This document shows positions 41,252 to 55,992 of a stretch of DNA of 64,000 bases, piece by piece. The notes beneath the pieces are model-generated. The model saw nothing but the letters and a program-made list of their open reading frames with translations, searched no databases and had not been told where the DNA came from. The position numbers were made by a program, and so were the translations under genes. This stretch comes from Octopus vulgaris (lineage: Eukaryota). Numbering within the stretch: position 1 is the stretch's first letter; every line of letters starts with the position of its first letter. The stretch lies in the NCBI GenBank assembly GCA_951406725.2, contig OX597827.1:25482001-25546000 (forward strand), read 5' to 3'.

Positions 41252-41806
41252 ATGTCTGTCTTTCTCTCTCTGTATAGACATACACACACACATATTTGTT
41301 TTTATGACAAGTTCTATAGAAAAGCCTTTAACACACACCCAATCTAATGAGTGGTCTAATGGTGTCTGTGTGAAAATGTTCCCTATCCATCTCCCTCACT
41401 TATCTTTCTTTTCCTGTCACACGTACTCAAGCTGAGTGGCAAAAACTTCGGAATATTGAAAACCTCACATTCTGTCATCTTCTACAGTCATCTCATCTTC
41501 ATTCTAAAAGACACTTACTTTTCTAAAGAATATGTTATTCTTCTTGGACTTGTCCTTCATCAAAAGAATCAGTTCCTTCTAGATCAGACATTGAAACTAT
41601 TAACAATTGCCGTATATTTCTTTTACGTCGCCCAGTAATCAGGTTGAACTAAATTACTGATACGTTAGTCATCATTTTCGATTAACTTTTTCATTGCACT
41701 GTTCAATATACTGGTTTTGAATTTCGGCACAAGGCCCGCAATTTTGGCTGAGGAGGGTCTGTCGATTAAATCGGCTCCATTACTCAAATGATACTTTATT
41801 TTATTT

Positions 41807-41972
41807 ATAGGCGTAGGAGTGGCTGTATGGTAAGTATCTTTCTTACGAACCACATGGTCCCGGGTTCAGTCCCACAACGTGGCACCTTGGGCGAGTGTCT
41901 TTTACTATAGCCTCGGGCCAACCAAAGCCCTGTGAGTGGATTTGATAGACGGAAACTGAAAGAAGCCCGTCG

Positions 41973-42003
<31 letters not shown>

Positions 42004-42227
42004 GTGTGTATGTTTGTGTAACTGTGTTTGTCCCCTCACCGTCGCTTGATGACCGATGCTGGTGTGATTACGTCCACATAACTTAGCGCTTCGGCAAAAG
42101 AGACCGACAGAATAAGTACTATTATTAGGCTTACAAAGAATAAGTCTATTTTGCTCGACTAAAAAATGCGGTGCTCCAGCATGGCCACAGTCAAATGACT
42201 GAAACAAGTAACAAAGTAAAGAATAAA
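41807..42227 (+). mobile_element. Full-length tRNA-derived SINE nested inside a SINE of the second family
   Basis: Complete head, body and tail. The host SINE halves are ~41725-41800 and ~42235-42350. Other copies or fragments lie at 22630-22830, 23126-23240, 35600-35800, 36048-36145, 46465-46552, 46983-47130, 47470-47769, 49620-49800 and 60332-60780. Confidence 0.85.
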
Positions 42228-45200
42228 AGAGCAACTCCGAAAGGATGAAAGGCAAAGTCGATCTCAACAGTATTTGACCTCAAAATGTAAAGACGAACGA
42301 AATGCTGCAAAGCATTTTGTCCGGCGTGCTAACCATTCTGCCAGTTCGCCAACACATAGCAGTCGACATACAAGGCCCTTCAAAACATTGGCAAACCTAT
42401 TTTACGCCGGATTTTGTTGCACTTTCTTCCTCTACTCTTGTTATTTCTTGAACGTTTTATACATTCGTTTGTGTCCAGTCTTATCAAGAAAATGGTTCGA
42501 CGATGACAAGTGATGTCTGCAAATTCCAATGCAATTACCATAAACGTTCGATCGGTGAATAGAAATTCTACGAGACTATCTCAATGATTGTTGCTTACCG
42601 AATCTGATTTAAATTTACCCAAACGATGATTGGTTGCCAAATGTGACGCGTTCGTGCCTTCACTTTGATTGATAGCCGAAATTGGAATGATTGTGTCTCA
42701 TTGCTGACTGGGAACGAAAAACGACCTGGTCACATTTTAATGCTGATTGGCTGTTGAATGTGATGAAAGAAATTCCGTTTCAATTTCCATACACCGGAAC
42801 TGTATATACTTTTATATTTATATAATGTAAATAAAATATTAATTGTCAAATAAGATAATTTAGACAAACGGATGAACTATCATTACAAAATGATTAAAAG
42901 AAAGTAATTACAAGCGGGAAAATGGCATAAAGCCAAAGAACAATAACTGTAAGCCTATCGACCAATGGCGTTCACGCAAGCGCCTGCCCACACACACACA
43001 TGTACACACAGGCGCAGGAAGAATGGCTGTGTTGTCAAAAATTTGTTTCGCAGTCACGTGCTTTCGGGCACGTGATTTCCATCATGCGGTATTCTGTAGT
43101 TTCCTTCTTCAGCCATGCGTCGCAATCAATTCCTTGTTAGCGAAATCGGTTAATGGCAATGGCAAATGTTTAGATTCACATCGTATCATGCTTGTGTATA
43201 CCTCAGTGTGTGCGTGTCTTTTTCTTTATTTGTCCCCTTGTTTGTGTGTTTGATTAACAATCTGTGTCGGTTTGTTTACATCCCACCGTGGCTTTAGTGG
43301 TTAAAAAAACAGCGATACAAGTAGCAAACTAGAAAATAAGTGGATTTGGTCAATAAAACCCAGGAATAAGGTGCCACAGAAAGGCCGCTGTCTAATGACT
43401 GAAGAAAGTAAAGAAATACATATAAATGTATGTATGTATGTATGTATGTATGTATGTATGTATGTATGTATGTATGTATGTCATTATTCAGTTCTATTTC
43501 AATATTTCTTGCTAATAGAAAAAGAGCCGGTTTCTAACCTGGATTCAAGGCTCCTTCACTGGAACTTCAACATCAACAACAGAGTATGTATGTATGTATG
43601 TATGTATGTATGTATGTTTAAGAGAGAAGACTAATATATATGTATGTATGTATGTATATATGTATGTAGGTCTCTGTATGTGAATGTTCGTATGTTCGTT
43701 TATTTTTACCAATATTGACGTTCATACCGTTATATCATGTTTGGGGCTCTCTTATTGGTAATATCGCATTTTAAGGTAATCTAAACACACCTCAGATATG
43801 AATCTGTTTATTATGTATAGTTACCGCGAGGAAATAACAACAACACAACCCAACAACTGTAATGGAACCAGATAAGCACGACAGAATAATCCGTGAATTG
43901 AATCCATCTTTCTTCACTAAACGAACTAAAAACTTCGTGGAAGACATCAGTGTCATGTCTTAATATTTACGCATCCCTTGTAACCAAATTTCTATGTAAA
44001 TTAACAAATGAGAAACCAATATGCTATATTTCTCCTTGTATTTACATTTTCACATTAATGTTGAAATATTAATATTCATAAATGTAAAAGTTACACACAT
44101 GTGCCCCTTGGGTGAGTCATCGATCGAAGTTTGGATTGAACTTTGCACTGAGTAGTACGTGCTGTTTCATTATGTTTGTATATTTCTATTAAATATAATA
44201 AATGGAAAATAAACAGTAGTAAATACAGAATAACATTTTCTGAAATGTAAGTATGGATGAGAAAAGGAATTGATAAGTATCGAAATAGATTGAACGCATA
44301 GCTACAAAATATAAAGACAACATTATAATAAAACGTGGAGAGAAAAAAAAAAGTATGAGAAAAATGAGATATAGGATTGAGAGAAAATATTAGAGAAAGA
44401 GGGAGATGTAGAAAGAAATAGAGAAATACTGACGAGGAAAATGAATGCTAGTGAGTGAATGCGAAATGGAAACTACGAAAGCGAAGAGTGGGGTGCATAA
44501 ATTGTACATTATTACGGAACAATAATAAATGAGTTGAATAGCAGAACATGTGCAGGTGACACAACGTCGGTGCAAAAGCTTCGTATTAAAAGGGAAGTTT
44601 GAGTGCATATTAAATTTAGAAATTCAGGAATGCAGAAGGTTAATACATGGTGTTTCACTATGGCAAACATTCTGAGGTAATCATAGTGTTAAGTTATGAT
44701 TGGGTTCAGTTACTGAAGGAAAAAATATTTCCGTCTTTTACCTGAAATTAATCTAAAGTTGACTTCAGCAGGTGCATTTTACAAATATTTGAGAAATCAT
44801 TAAATTTTAATCCGATAGTGTTTTTCGTTTTCAGTGGTAAAACTTGAATTTTCATCTGAACGTAACTGAACGACAAACGACATACAAATATATTTGCAGG
44901 TTGAGTTTGATTACTTCTCCATCGATACGTGATGAATTATCTCCCTGAAATGTTCTAAAAGTTAGTAATTCAGATTAAATATTTTGCTGGGTATTTCAAC
45001 CTCATTTTAATTAACTATACTGGGCCCGGTTAGTATACATGACTATCTTAATAATCACTCTAACTCTCTATTAAAACAAAACCACTAACTAATATGTTGC
45101 CGTCGCATCTCACACATAACTACGATCTCGAAAATCCTCTATCTTAGATATAAAATACATACGTAGTTTTGTTATTACTATAAATGATGTGTTTGTTCAG

Positions 45201-46581
45201 CACTGGGTCAGCAGTGATCCAGCAGATAAAGGATCAAAGAGGATTTTGTCGCGACTCTCTACCTCCTATTTTTGTCTGCTCTGGATAATGAACCCACGAT
45301 GAATGCAACGGGTATGTTTTCCTTTTTGTTGTAGAAGAATATTGTGTGTGAGTAAGATTCGGCTGCTATGTTGAGCAGAACGGAATACCACGCAGCGGTG
45401 CCCTCGTTAGCTTTGCATGGAAGAAATATATAGTTTCCTCTGGTATCTGACTTGTGTATAAAATTGTTCTCAAAGCCCTTGCTAAATTTATGACAAGTTT
45501 CTTATTTCCAAAGCTTATAATGCTATCAGCTTCAGTGTAGTCCAACCCTAGATTTCGACATTCGGTGATGTGTACATGTCAGCATTTGTTGTGAGAAATA
45601 TGTTTTGAGTAGTTTAATGCAGATTTTCAAACAATTTAAAATTACTACACATGTGTTGTTTATAGTTTTGGTGCAGTAAATATTATTAACAGATTTTACA
45701 TTACAAAATTAGAGGACCATTTATGTGTAGAAGAATACATTTCGCAAGTAACGGTGTATACCAAGCATAGCTAAAAAAGGTTTCGCGTAACTGATTTTGA
45801 CGGAGGACTAATTATGTATGAAAATACATTGAAGTCAACTGTGATGAAATGGGAAAATATTATCAAGTTTAAGTTGAAGAAAACAGCCTCAGCAATATAT
45901 CTTTGGGTTATGCATAAGAAAATAAATACACTGATTTACTAGTCGTATATTTTTCTCCGGGCAAAAATCCTTGCTTCTTAACATTTAAAACAAAGTGGTT
46001 TAACAGGAGACATATAGACAGATATACCGATTGCGAGAACTACAAAGATACGAACACAGCTTCACCCTAAAAAAATGCAGACAAAATCGCAAAAATCTAT
46101 GAACCATTTATATATCACCTGTGTTCATATTAATCTAAAAGTTTACTGAAACGGCCCACTATTAATGTTGAGTGATTTTTTCCGTTTTAATTATAAAGTT
46201 TGATACGTTATTAATGGAAAACCTGAATGAATTTTGAATGTTATTGAGCGCTTTACTGGGACAAGGCCTGAACACTTGTGTTATTTGACAAAATGGTATT
46301 TCTAAGGTGTATTGTAAATAATCCAGTTGAATTTCTATCGTTATAATTTTCTCTTTTTATGTTGATAAACTTTTGTATATCTATTGTAATTCTCCCTTTG
46401 TAATATCGCTTTGTATTCAGGAAATATAGAAACACATAGTTTTCTTTCAATTTAACACATGGCGCAGTAGACAAGTGTCTTCTACTACATCTTCAGGCCA
46501 ACCAAAGCCTTGTAAGTAGATTCGGCAGACGGAAACTGGGAGAAGCCCGTCGGATATACACACACACATACACTTAAACCC

Positions 46582-46644
<63 letters not shown>

Positions 46645-46648
<4 letters not shown>

Positions 46649-46872
46649 CAATTATTCGGCTGCCATAAGAAAACTCCGAGTTTCGGATGTCGGGCCGGAA
46701 ATCTGCTCCGCATCTAGTCAGTTATTAAGACAAGATGCCGGAGCAGATTTCCGCCCCGACATCTGAAACTCGGAGTTTTCTTATGGCAACCGAGTAATTG
46801 TCACATATTATATTACAGATAAATTCCTCTATTTACATAATATCGAGGTCTCATTCCTTCTTTTGTTGTCAT
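46645..46872. mobile_element. Family C repeat, inverted arrangement between (TA)n tracts
   Basis: 46645-46715 is inverted against 46733-46804. The minus arm has a degenerate core CTGACTA..CATCC-GAAA-CTCGGAG-TT. Confidence 0.75.
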
Positions 46873-46882
46873 ACTATTACTA

Positions 46883-46975
<93 letters not shown>

Positions 46976-47145
46976 AAATATATAGGAGCAGGAGTGGCTG
47001 TGTGGTAAGTAGCTTGCTAACCAACTAGATGGTTCGGGTTCAAGTGTACTGGGCTTAAGTACGGGGTCGATTTGCTTGACTAAAGGCGGTGCTCCAGCAT
47101 GGCCGCAGTCAAATGACTGAAACAAGTAAAAAGAAAAAAAAAGAA

Positions 47146-47176
<31 letters not shown>

Positions 47177-47393
47177 CATACATGCATATGTATGTGAGTG
47201 TATTCATGTGTGGGCTTGCGTATTTTGTCCCCACCGTCGTTTGACAACCGATGTTAGGGTGCTTACGTCCCCGTTAGCTAGCGGTTCTAGGTTTACAAAG
47301 AATGAGGCCTGGCATCCTCGATTTCCTCGACTAACACCCTTTAAAATGTTGCTTCAGCGTAGTCGCAGTCAAATGGCTGAAACAAGTGAAAGC

Positions 47394-47447
<54 letters not shown>

Positions 47448-48234
47448 ATGTATATATATATGGACCGCGTTTAGTCGAGGAAATCGACCACAGGACTTAT
47501 TCTTTGTAAGCCTAGTACTTATTCTATCGGTCGCTTTTGCCGAACCGCTAAGTTACGGGAACGTAAAGACACCAGCATCGGTTGTCAAGCGATGATAGGG
47601 TACACACGTACACACGTTCATATATACATATATACAACAGGCTTCTTTCAGTTTCCATCTACCAAATCCACTCACAGGCAATAGTAGAAGACACTTGCCC
47701 AATGTGCCACGCAGTGGAACTAAATCCGAAACCATGTTGTTGGTAAGCAAGCTACTTACCACACAGCCAATCGATTTATGTTCCCGGAATTTGTTAATTT
47801 CTGTTCGTATTAGTGTTTATCGATGGTTCTTCTTCGACATTGGTTCTTAACGCTTATGAAGATCCAGTGGTCGTTATAGGAGAGCAGAAATTAATAATAT
47901 AATATTTAAAAACAGTGTGAACATAGAAAAATCAATTTATTTACATAATAGTCAATTTCATGTCGCCTACGTTTGTTTCAATTCCCTCCTTCATTCAATT
48001 TTACAATTAAATTTGCATTATGAATTTAAAAGGTAAAACACACTTCATGGCAAAATATGATATATTTTCATATATATTCATTTACATCGTAATGGAAGGA
48101 GAGCTCTTTACATACTAAATACAAGCATTTGTGTGTGTATGTGTGTGTATGTGTGTGTGTGTACTTGAATGTGTCAGCATGTGAGACTTTGGATTCCATT
48201 CTAAAAACATCTATAGGTTCAACTTCGACCCTAA

Positions 48235-48358
48235 TAGACAATGGACATTGTCCACTATGGTCGTAGTTTAACATCTGGCTATTTTTAGAGCGAAATGCAG
48301 GGTTAAACTACGATCATAGTGGACAATAGCCATCGTCTACTATAGTCGTAGTTTAACC
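48235..48358. repeat. Tiny foldback or MITE-like element
   Basis: 48235-48272 is inverted against 48302-48339. 48301-48358 is itself a near-palindrome. Confidence 0.65.
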
Positions 48359-48518
48359 TCTAACTGGATTGGTAGACGGAAACTGAAATAAGACCGTCGT
48401 ATATGTATATGTGTGTATAGGTCTGTGCGTTTGTGTTTGTCCCCCCCCCCCATCGCTTGACAACCGATACACACACATACATATATTCACATACACACAC
48501 ATACATACATACACACAT

Positions 48519-48551
<33 letters not shown>

Positions 48552-48554
48552 CAC

Positions 48555-48588
<34 letters not shown>

Positions 48589-48855
48589 GTATACACATAA
48601 CTGTATATACATATACACAACACACACACAAAGGTATTTTTATATATCTTTGTGTGTGTGTTTGTTCCCCAACACCGCCCAACGACAGGTGTTGTTGTCT
48701 TTACGTCCCTCTGACGTGAATATTCTGCAAAATGGACACGTTTGAATTGAAAAGTACTGCGATTTGTTCAGCCAAACTCTACAGAGCCTTGCCCGAGCAA
48801 GGCGACAGTCCAATGACTGAAAAAAGGAAAAGAATAAAAGTGTAAAGGTGTGTGT

Positions 48856-48897
<42 letters not shown>

Positions 48898-49499
48898 GTA
48901 GATAGAGATAGAGAGTATATACATTTATATGTGTGTGCCTGAGTGCTTTTAATATTCAAATAGATACTTTTATTTTCTACTCTAGGCACAAGGCCAGAAA
49001 TTTTAGTGGGTGGGGCCAGTCGATTACATCGAACCAGTACGCAAATGATACTTAATTTTTCGACTCCGAAAGGATGAAAGGCGAAGTCGACCTCGGTGGA
49101 ATTTGAACTCAGAACATAAAGACAGACGAAGTACCTATTTCTTTATTACCCACAAGGAGCTAAACATAGAGGGGACAAACAAGGACAGACATAGGTATTA
49201 AGTTGATTATATCAATCCCAGTGCGTCACTGGTACTTAATTTATCGACCCCGAAAGGATGACAGGCAAAGTCGACCTCAGCGGAATTTGAACTCAGAACG
49301 TAGCGGCAGACAAAATACCGCTAAGCATTTGGCCCGTCTTGCTAACGATTCTGTCACCTCGCCGCCTCTCAAATAGAAATATAGCCAGCATTATCACATA
49401 ATTCTTTGTATGTGCGTATGTGCGCGTCTGTCTACCTTCCTCTCGCTCTCTATGTATGCATATATATATACACACACATATATATTTAGGTGTTATATA

Positions 49500-49531
<32 letters not shown>

Positions 49532-49842
49532 CATATATATATATACATATATATATATATGTGTGTGTGTATATATATATATATGTATATGCCTGTGTGT
49601 GTGTCTGTGTCTGTGTTTGTACCCCCAACATCGCTTGACAATCGATGCTGGTGTGTTTACGTCCCCGTAACTTACCAGTTCGGCTAAAGTGTGCGATATC
49701 ATAAGTACTAGGCTTACAAAGAATATGTACTGGGGTCGATTTGTTCGACTAAAGGCGGTGCTCTAGCATGGCCGCAGCCAAATGTCTGAAAAACGTAAAA
49801 GAATAAAAGAATATATATTATCAGTATACACATACATATATG

Positions 49843-49887
<45 letters not shown>

Positions 49888-49954
49888 ATGTGCCCCAGCA
49901 TGGCCGCGGCCTTCGGGCAAAAACATTTGTAAGGATTTAAGGATATATATATAA

Positions 49955-50013
<59 letters not shown>

Positions 50014-50686
50014 GAGCGAGAAGTAGCTATATACATACATAAGTAGCTATATACATACATACATACATACATACACATATGCATATATGCATTTATATGT
50101 GGAGGTAAAGGTGAGAGCGAAATAGAGAGGGAAAGAGTGAGAAAGAGATCTATAGATTTCAAAACAGAATGGAGGGGAAGAAACAGCTAGATCCATATAG
50201 ACTCACGTATTTGTAAACCAATCGAATTAATAGTTATCATTTTTGTGTTGACGATTCCTTTACCCATCGCCCCTTACACACATTTCAGAACGCACAGAAA
50301 TACAGACGCATTCCACACACATTCACGCAGTGTATGTGCAAGCAGACATATATATTTTTTTAATCTATCAGAATTTTCTAATTAAAATATTCCGAGCAGA
50401 AATAATTGGCCACGATGACTTGAATGTAATAAAAAAGAAAACTATAAAATACTGCGATACAACTCAGAAAATAAACAGCCAAACAAACCATGCAAATCTT
50501 AGTTGGTAAAACATACCTGAAAGCTACCGACTAATACGTTAGTCATGTGACGTGCACCGAGAGACCTTGCTAAATCAATGAGAACAGAACTGAACAAAAT
50601 GGAAGACGATTTGAGCAGAAAACGAACATGGAAAATCATATACACAGATATATGAATGTATGTACCTAAGTTTACATACACTCACA

Positions 50687-50785
<99 letters not shown>

Positions 50786-50843
50786 TTATGTATATATACA
50801 TATATATGTATGTATATATGTATATATATATGTATATGTATAT

Positions 50844-50882
<39 letters not shown>

Positions 50883-50968
50883 CACATACATACATGTGCA
50901 CACACACAAAATATTTATTTATTTATTAAGTAATGGAACTCAACACACACTGAATTTGTGTGTGTGTG

Positions 50969-50999
<31 letters not shown>

Positions 51000-51887
51000 A
51001 CGCACGCATTCACACGCGCGCACACACATACACACATACGTACATATATATAGTAATACTAACATGTATATACACAGAAATGTGTATGAATATTGTGTAT
51101 AGACATAAAGAGTAAATGAGAGATTCATTATGAATATTTGTATGTGTGTGTGTGTGTGTGTTTATATGTGTGGATTTATCTACTTACCAATGTGTATGTA
51201 AACATAATTTTTATAGAATTTTAAAGCAAAAGTTTTATGGAAAGTGAAAAAAGTAAATAACCTCCAAGGTAAAATCAAATAATAATAAAAAAAAAACGGA
51301 GAGAGAATCTAGGAAGGTCAAAGGTCGACGTTGATATCTCAAGTGAACCTAATTGCTCTCGTATGTCAATAAAGATAATGATTAGTGATCTTGTAGCTGC
51401 AATACCAACTGAAACGTGATTTTATTTTCAGTCTTGAATTGAAAATCTGAAAATGACATTAGATACGATGCTGTAGTTCTGAAACTAACCAAAAGAAAAG
51501 CAAGGAAAAGAAAAACGAAATAAATTGGAGTAAATAGGGAAGAAAAATGGTAATGAGAGCGACTCAAGAGTATTTGATATCACGGACACCATCTGTACGG
51601 ACGCTGATTATTTGGTAGCAAGAGGATTAACATAATCACGTATTAGTATGCGATTAGCAACCTATGTTTCTTTACTGTTCGATATTTCAGTCAATGAAAT
51701 CGAGCCATTCCGGGCCGCCGTTTTGAAGAATTTTTTGATTGTATAACCCCAGCAGGATGCGATTCAATTTTCCACTGTTGCATCGATTCTGTATTGCTCG
51801 AGACATTAACTTGAGGGTTATAAACAGCAAATCATTTTAGGCTGCTATACAAATAAACAGAAACGTGGCCACACAGTAATTCACACA

Positions 51888-51960
<73 letters not shown>

Positions 51961-53199
51961 ACTCACAATCACGCACACACGTACAAACACACACACATAT
52001 TATATATATTAACAATTTTCGATGTATATAACAGAATGTAAAATATAATTAATTATTTTATTTTAATTTTATTTAAATTTTTTTTGTCAATGAAAGATTA
52101 GAAAGTGGAAACAGTTTGACATTTTGAGATGAAGACTTTCTGAAAAGAGAAAAATTGAGTTGTTTTGTGGCCAGTCTTGTTAAAAAGACGGAGTTCAGAA
52201 GATAAGAAGTGACCTAGGCGGAATGAGGCTTCATAGGAAGAGAGCTAATAGTTTCCAAATTATGTATGTACGGGTATGTATGTGACATAGTTTTACTCTG
52301 CGAGCAGTGAACCCTGTGTATATGTAGAAGTGTATATACAACTGCACGTATAATGACGTGTAAACACCCATGTGTGAACAAAGTCCAGAACATCCCACTT
52401 CAAACGGACTGAGTGTTCGAGCACAACAAACTGAACGTGTGATCTGTAATTGATGTTCTATGATCATCTGATACATGGATACTTAAGAAGATAATTAATT
52501 TATATGTATTACATATGAATATCACAGAAAATATATGATAAAATATGATTAAGACAAAACTAAACAGTGCACCTCTTATATAAATCAGCGCGGAAGAAGG
52601 AACGAAAGAGCCGAGGGCTTTTGGCGAACGATTCAGAAATGATTACCATTAGAAACCTAGTTTATCATTTATGCTATTAAAGGCGATGAGTTGGCAGTAT
52701 TGTTAAAGCGTCGAATAAAATATCTTTCGGTATTTGATATGATTTAACATCCCACCGGGGTCAACTTTGCTTTTATCCCGCTGGGTTTGATAAAATAATG
52801 TTCTAGTCTTGTACTGGAATCGAAAGTAGTGACTGAACCCTCTCTTTCAAAATTGCTGGCGGTTTTTCTATATCAGAAATCGAAATAGACTTTTTAATAC
52901 AAACACAACGAATGAGATAATTTGGGAAAAAATGGTTATTAAAAAAGCTAAAAATAACACAATTTAACTATTTCTAGGCATAAGTCAATCATCAACAACA
53001 AAAAATTGATGAATTAAATGGAATTTATTGTGATCGCTATTCGAAAAAATATTTCGTATCATAAACAGTGAGTTACGTGATTGCAGTTACTCTGAAAAAA
53101 GTTACCCTAACCCGAAAGGCTCATCTCTTTATGTTAGTGTCCAAAACAACACAATTGAAAAAGAACCGCTGCAGCAATAAAAAATTCCATTGCAGTATT

Positions 53200-54650
53200 G
53201 CATTTATGCTGCACAGCAATACGATAACCAAAGCACGCAAGTATTAGAAAAGATACACGCTAGCTGTGGAGAAAATGAACAAAGAAGAAAAAATAACACA
53301 ACCAACGAAGAAGCGAACGAAGGTAAATCCATAAAGAGATGCATAGCATTGAAAAAAGTTGGACTTACAGACAGACTTCTGCTTGGAATACAGCAAAACA
53401 TCAAAACATCTGACCACATGTAAAAACGGTCTGCAACTAGTGAATGAAAAGATTACAACAGAACCAGCTACAATAGAGAAAAATAATGCAACACAGTATT
53501 ACCTGGCCGACCACGCAAGCAGTAAAGGAGAACTCAAACCAGATATCAGAACCAGCCAAACAAGATACTAATAAGGTAAAATAGCAAATCAAATAAGAGA
53601 GGAAAATGAAAACCTGCCAGAATATTGAAGACAATAGCATTCTCTGTAGACATATTCAAGCAGATAGATAGGCACCGCACTCTTTTATCATCGAACCCCA
53701 CGCTTAACAAAAACAGAAAAAAGACTCATGTCAACAGATCAAGCAGATTTAATGTTGAGGTGGGTCCCAATGGAAAAATATAGGAAGTAGAAGAAAACAT
53801 TGTAAAATCGATGATCGAGGAACCACGTAAACAACTTCCCAAGCTACAAAGGAATAAACAGCTCCAAGAAATAATAAATAAATATAATAGGGTCTCGCAA
53901 GAACCTGTGTTCATGGTACCGAATTGACCGAAAATTGGTAGAGTGAATAATATGATCTATTCAGCTGCAGTGGTTGTATCACAGAAAAGGGAACTTGATC
54001 GTAATAGAGATAAAAGTTCCGCCATAATCTACACTCATGAATGAAGGGAATATATATATAGAACTGACAAAAGGGAAGGACTAGCCTTATTTAGCAACTG
54101 GAAATGGAGGGATCCAATAGGTATTCAAAATATAAAGATAAACATTATCGAACAATACAATGTCAATAAAGAGAGACTACTCTGGAAGCAAAGAGAAAGA
54201 CAAGAATACCATGAAAAACATCCAGAATAAGGGTGCTTTGAAAATGGAAGCATTTGGTGAAATTTCGGCTTCAAAACGGAAATGAAATAGAATAAACAAG
54301 CAACAAGCACGCTAACATTAACGGCTGCCCACTTTTATAAAGGGCAAAACAATCGAAACTGACAGCGAGATCAAAGCAACTCGATATAATTATTAAGGAC
54401 TGGAACGAAAATACCGGCGAGTTGAGGGGCATCACGATTCCTTCGGAACCATAAAAAGAAAACACACACACAACAACCAACAAAAATTGCTATTCGACAC
54501 GGAGGAGGAGTGGGGAAACTGTCAAAAAACCCAACGATCTCCAGACTGAAATGAACAGGATATGGGCATAGAAATAACAATATCAATAATAATTGGAGTA
54601 CTGAATATGATAAAAAAATATGGATAAACAACATTCACCATAGCAGAGTT
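53200..54650 (+). pseudogene. Probable decayed R4/Dong-like non-LTR retrotransposon
   Basis: An A-rich, coding-like strand with the peptide VNNMIYSAAVVVSQKR (~53943-53990), which resembles R4/Dong N-terminal regions. Many stops. Confidence 0.4.
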
Positions 54651-55928
54651 CACAGTGTTATAAGTAGTCGAAAAAAATATCTCTGTTTTCTAAACTTCTT
54701 ATCTTTTGTATCAAATTTACAATTCAATTATACTCCTCAATCATTGCCCTCTCTGAATATAATACGTACACTGTACAATAGCAGCCGAATGAAATAATAC
54801 AATCTACACAACACATGCATTACATCATGGACACCGAGCAAAGCAACACAATACACACTCATACATCACCAACACCCCGATACTATAACAATAGCAACAT
54901 TTTAAACTCAAGTCGCACATTTTCGACTCATTGAAAGGATTGGTTGACTGTCGGCTCTGTTCTTCACGCAGTAACACGTGCTAATGTAGATCTGTAGGTC
55001 TGCAGTATTCAGAAATTAAACAAATGCATAGCGGATAGATTGATCACGATTCAGGCAGGTCAGACTGCGGGCCCTCCCGTTCCTAGCGTGCTTATTCCGG
55101 ACAGGTAATACTCCTAATCTGTTAACCACAATGCCGATTAAAAGATTTCATTTGGTTTTCGTTAACACCAAATTGATTCTTTAAGAATGTTGTCCATAAT
55201 ATGAATATGAACTTTCCACCAACTGTAACGCTCTACTGGTAGAATTCTGTGAAAGTCGCATGATATCCAGGTGCAAAAGGCCTGATATTGATGTATAGCA
55301 TTTCCCAAAACTGCAGATGTATCAAAGAAGGAATTAATTGGCAAGTGTGTTTTATAAAGAGCAAACAATTTGTCAGATTAATTGCACTGATAATATATTT
55401 GTCCCACTTAATATACAGACGGAAACCTTAGATAACGAGCAGTTGCCCCTTCAAGTGTTGAATAGCATTTGTGCTATATTTTACTGGTAAATAAATAATG
55501 GAGGTTAAATTCTTTACATGCCACTGGAATAGATTTACCTTATAATGATAATATAAAACCATGAGACTAAAAAAATGAAACGTATAAATATCTGGGAACA
55601 TGGAAAGTCAGAAAATTAAAAGTGTAGAAGTGAAGCCGTCACGAAAAAATACTTTCGCGAGGTAAAGATTTTAAAATTAAATTCAAGACGGTAACATCGT
55701 ACAAGTAATACACCTGAGTGAGGTATCACTAGTAGTCCATGAAAGAGAAATGATTGAACGGAAAAAGAATGAGCTGAAGGGTATCGATAGAAAGAAAACC
55801 CAGAAGCATTTACGATGCACAGAAGCATACGTCCCTGTACCGACTAATTATAGTGGAATAAAACAGAAAGAGGTGGAAAGAGAATGAATGATGAAGATGT
55901 GGTGAGGTGGAATCTGGAACATAAGAAG

Positions 55929-55992
<64 letters not shown>

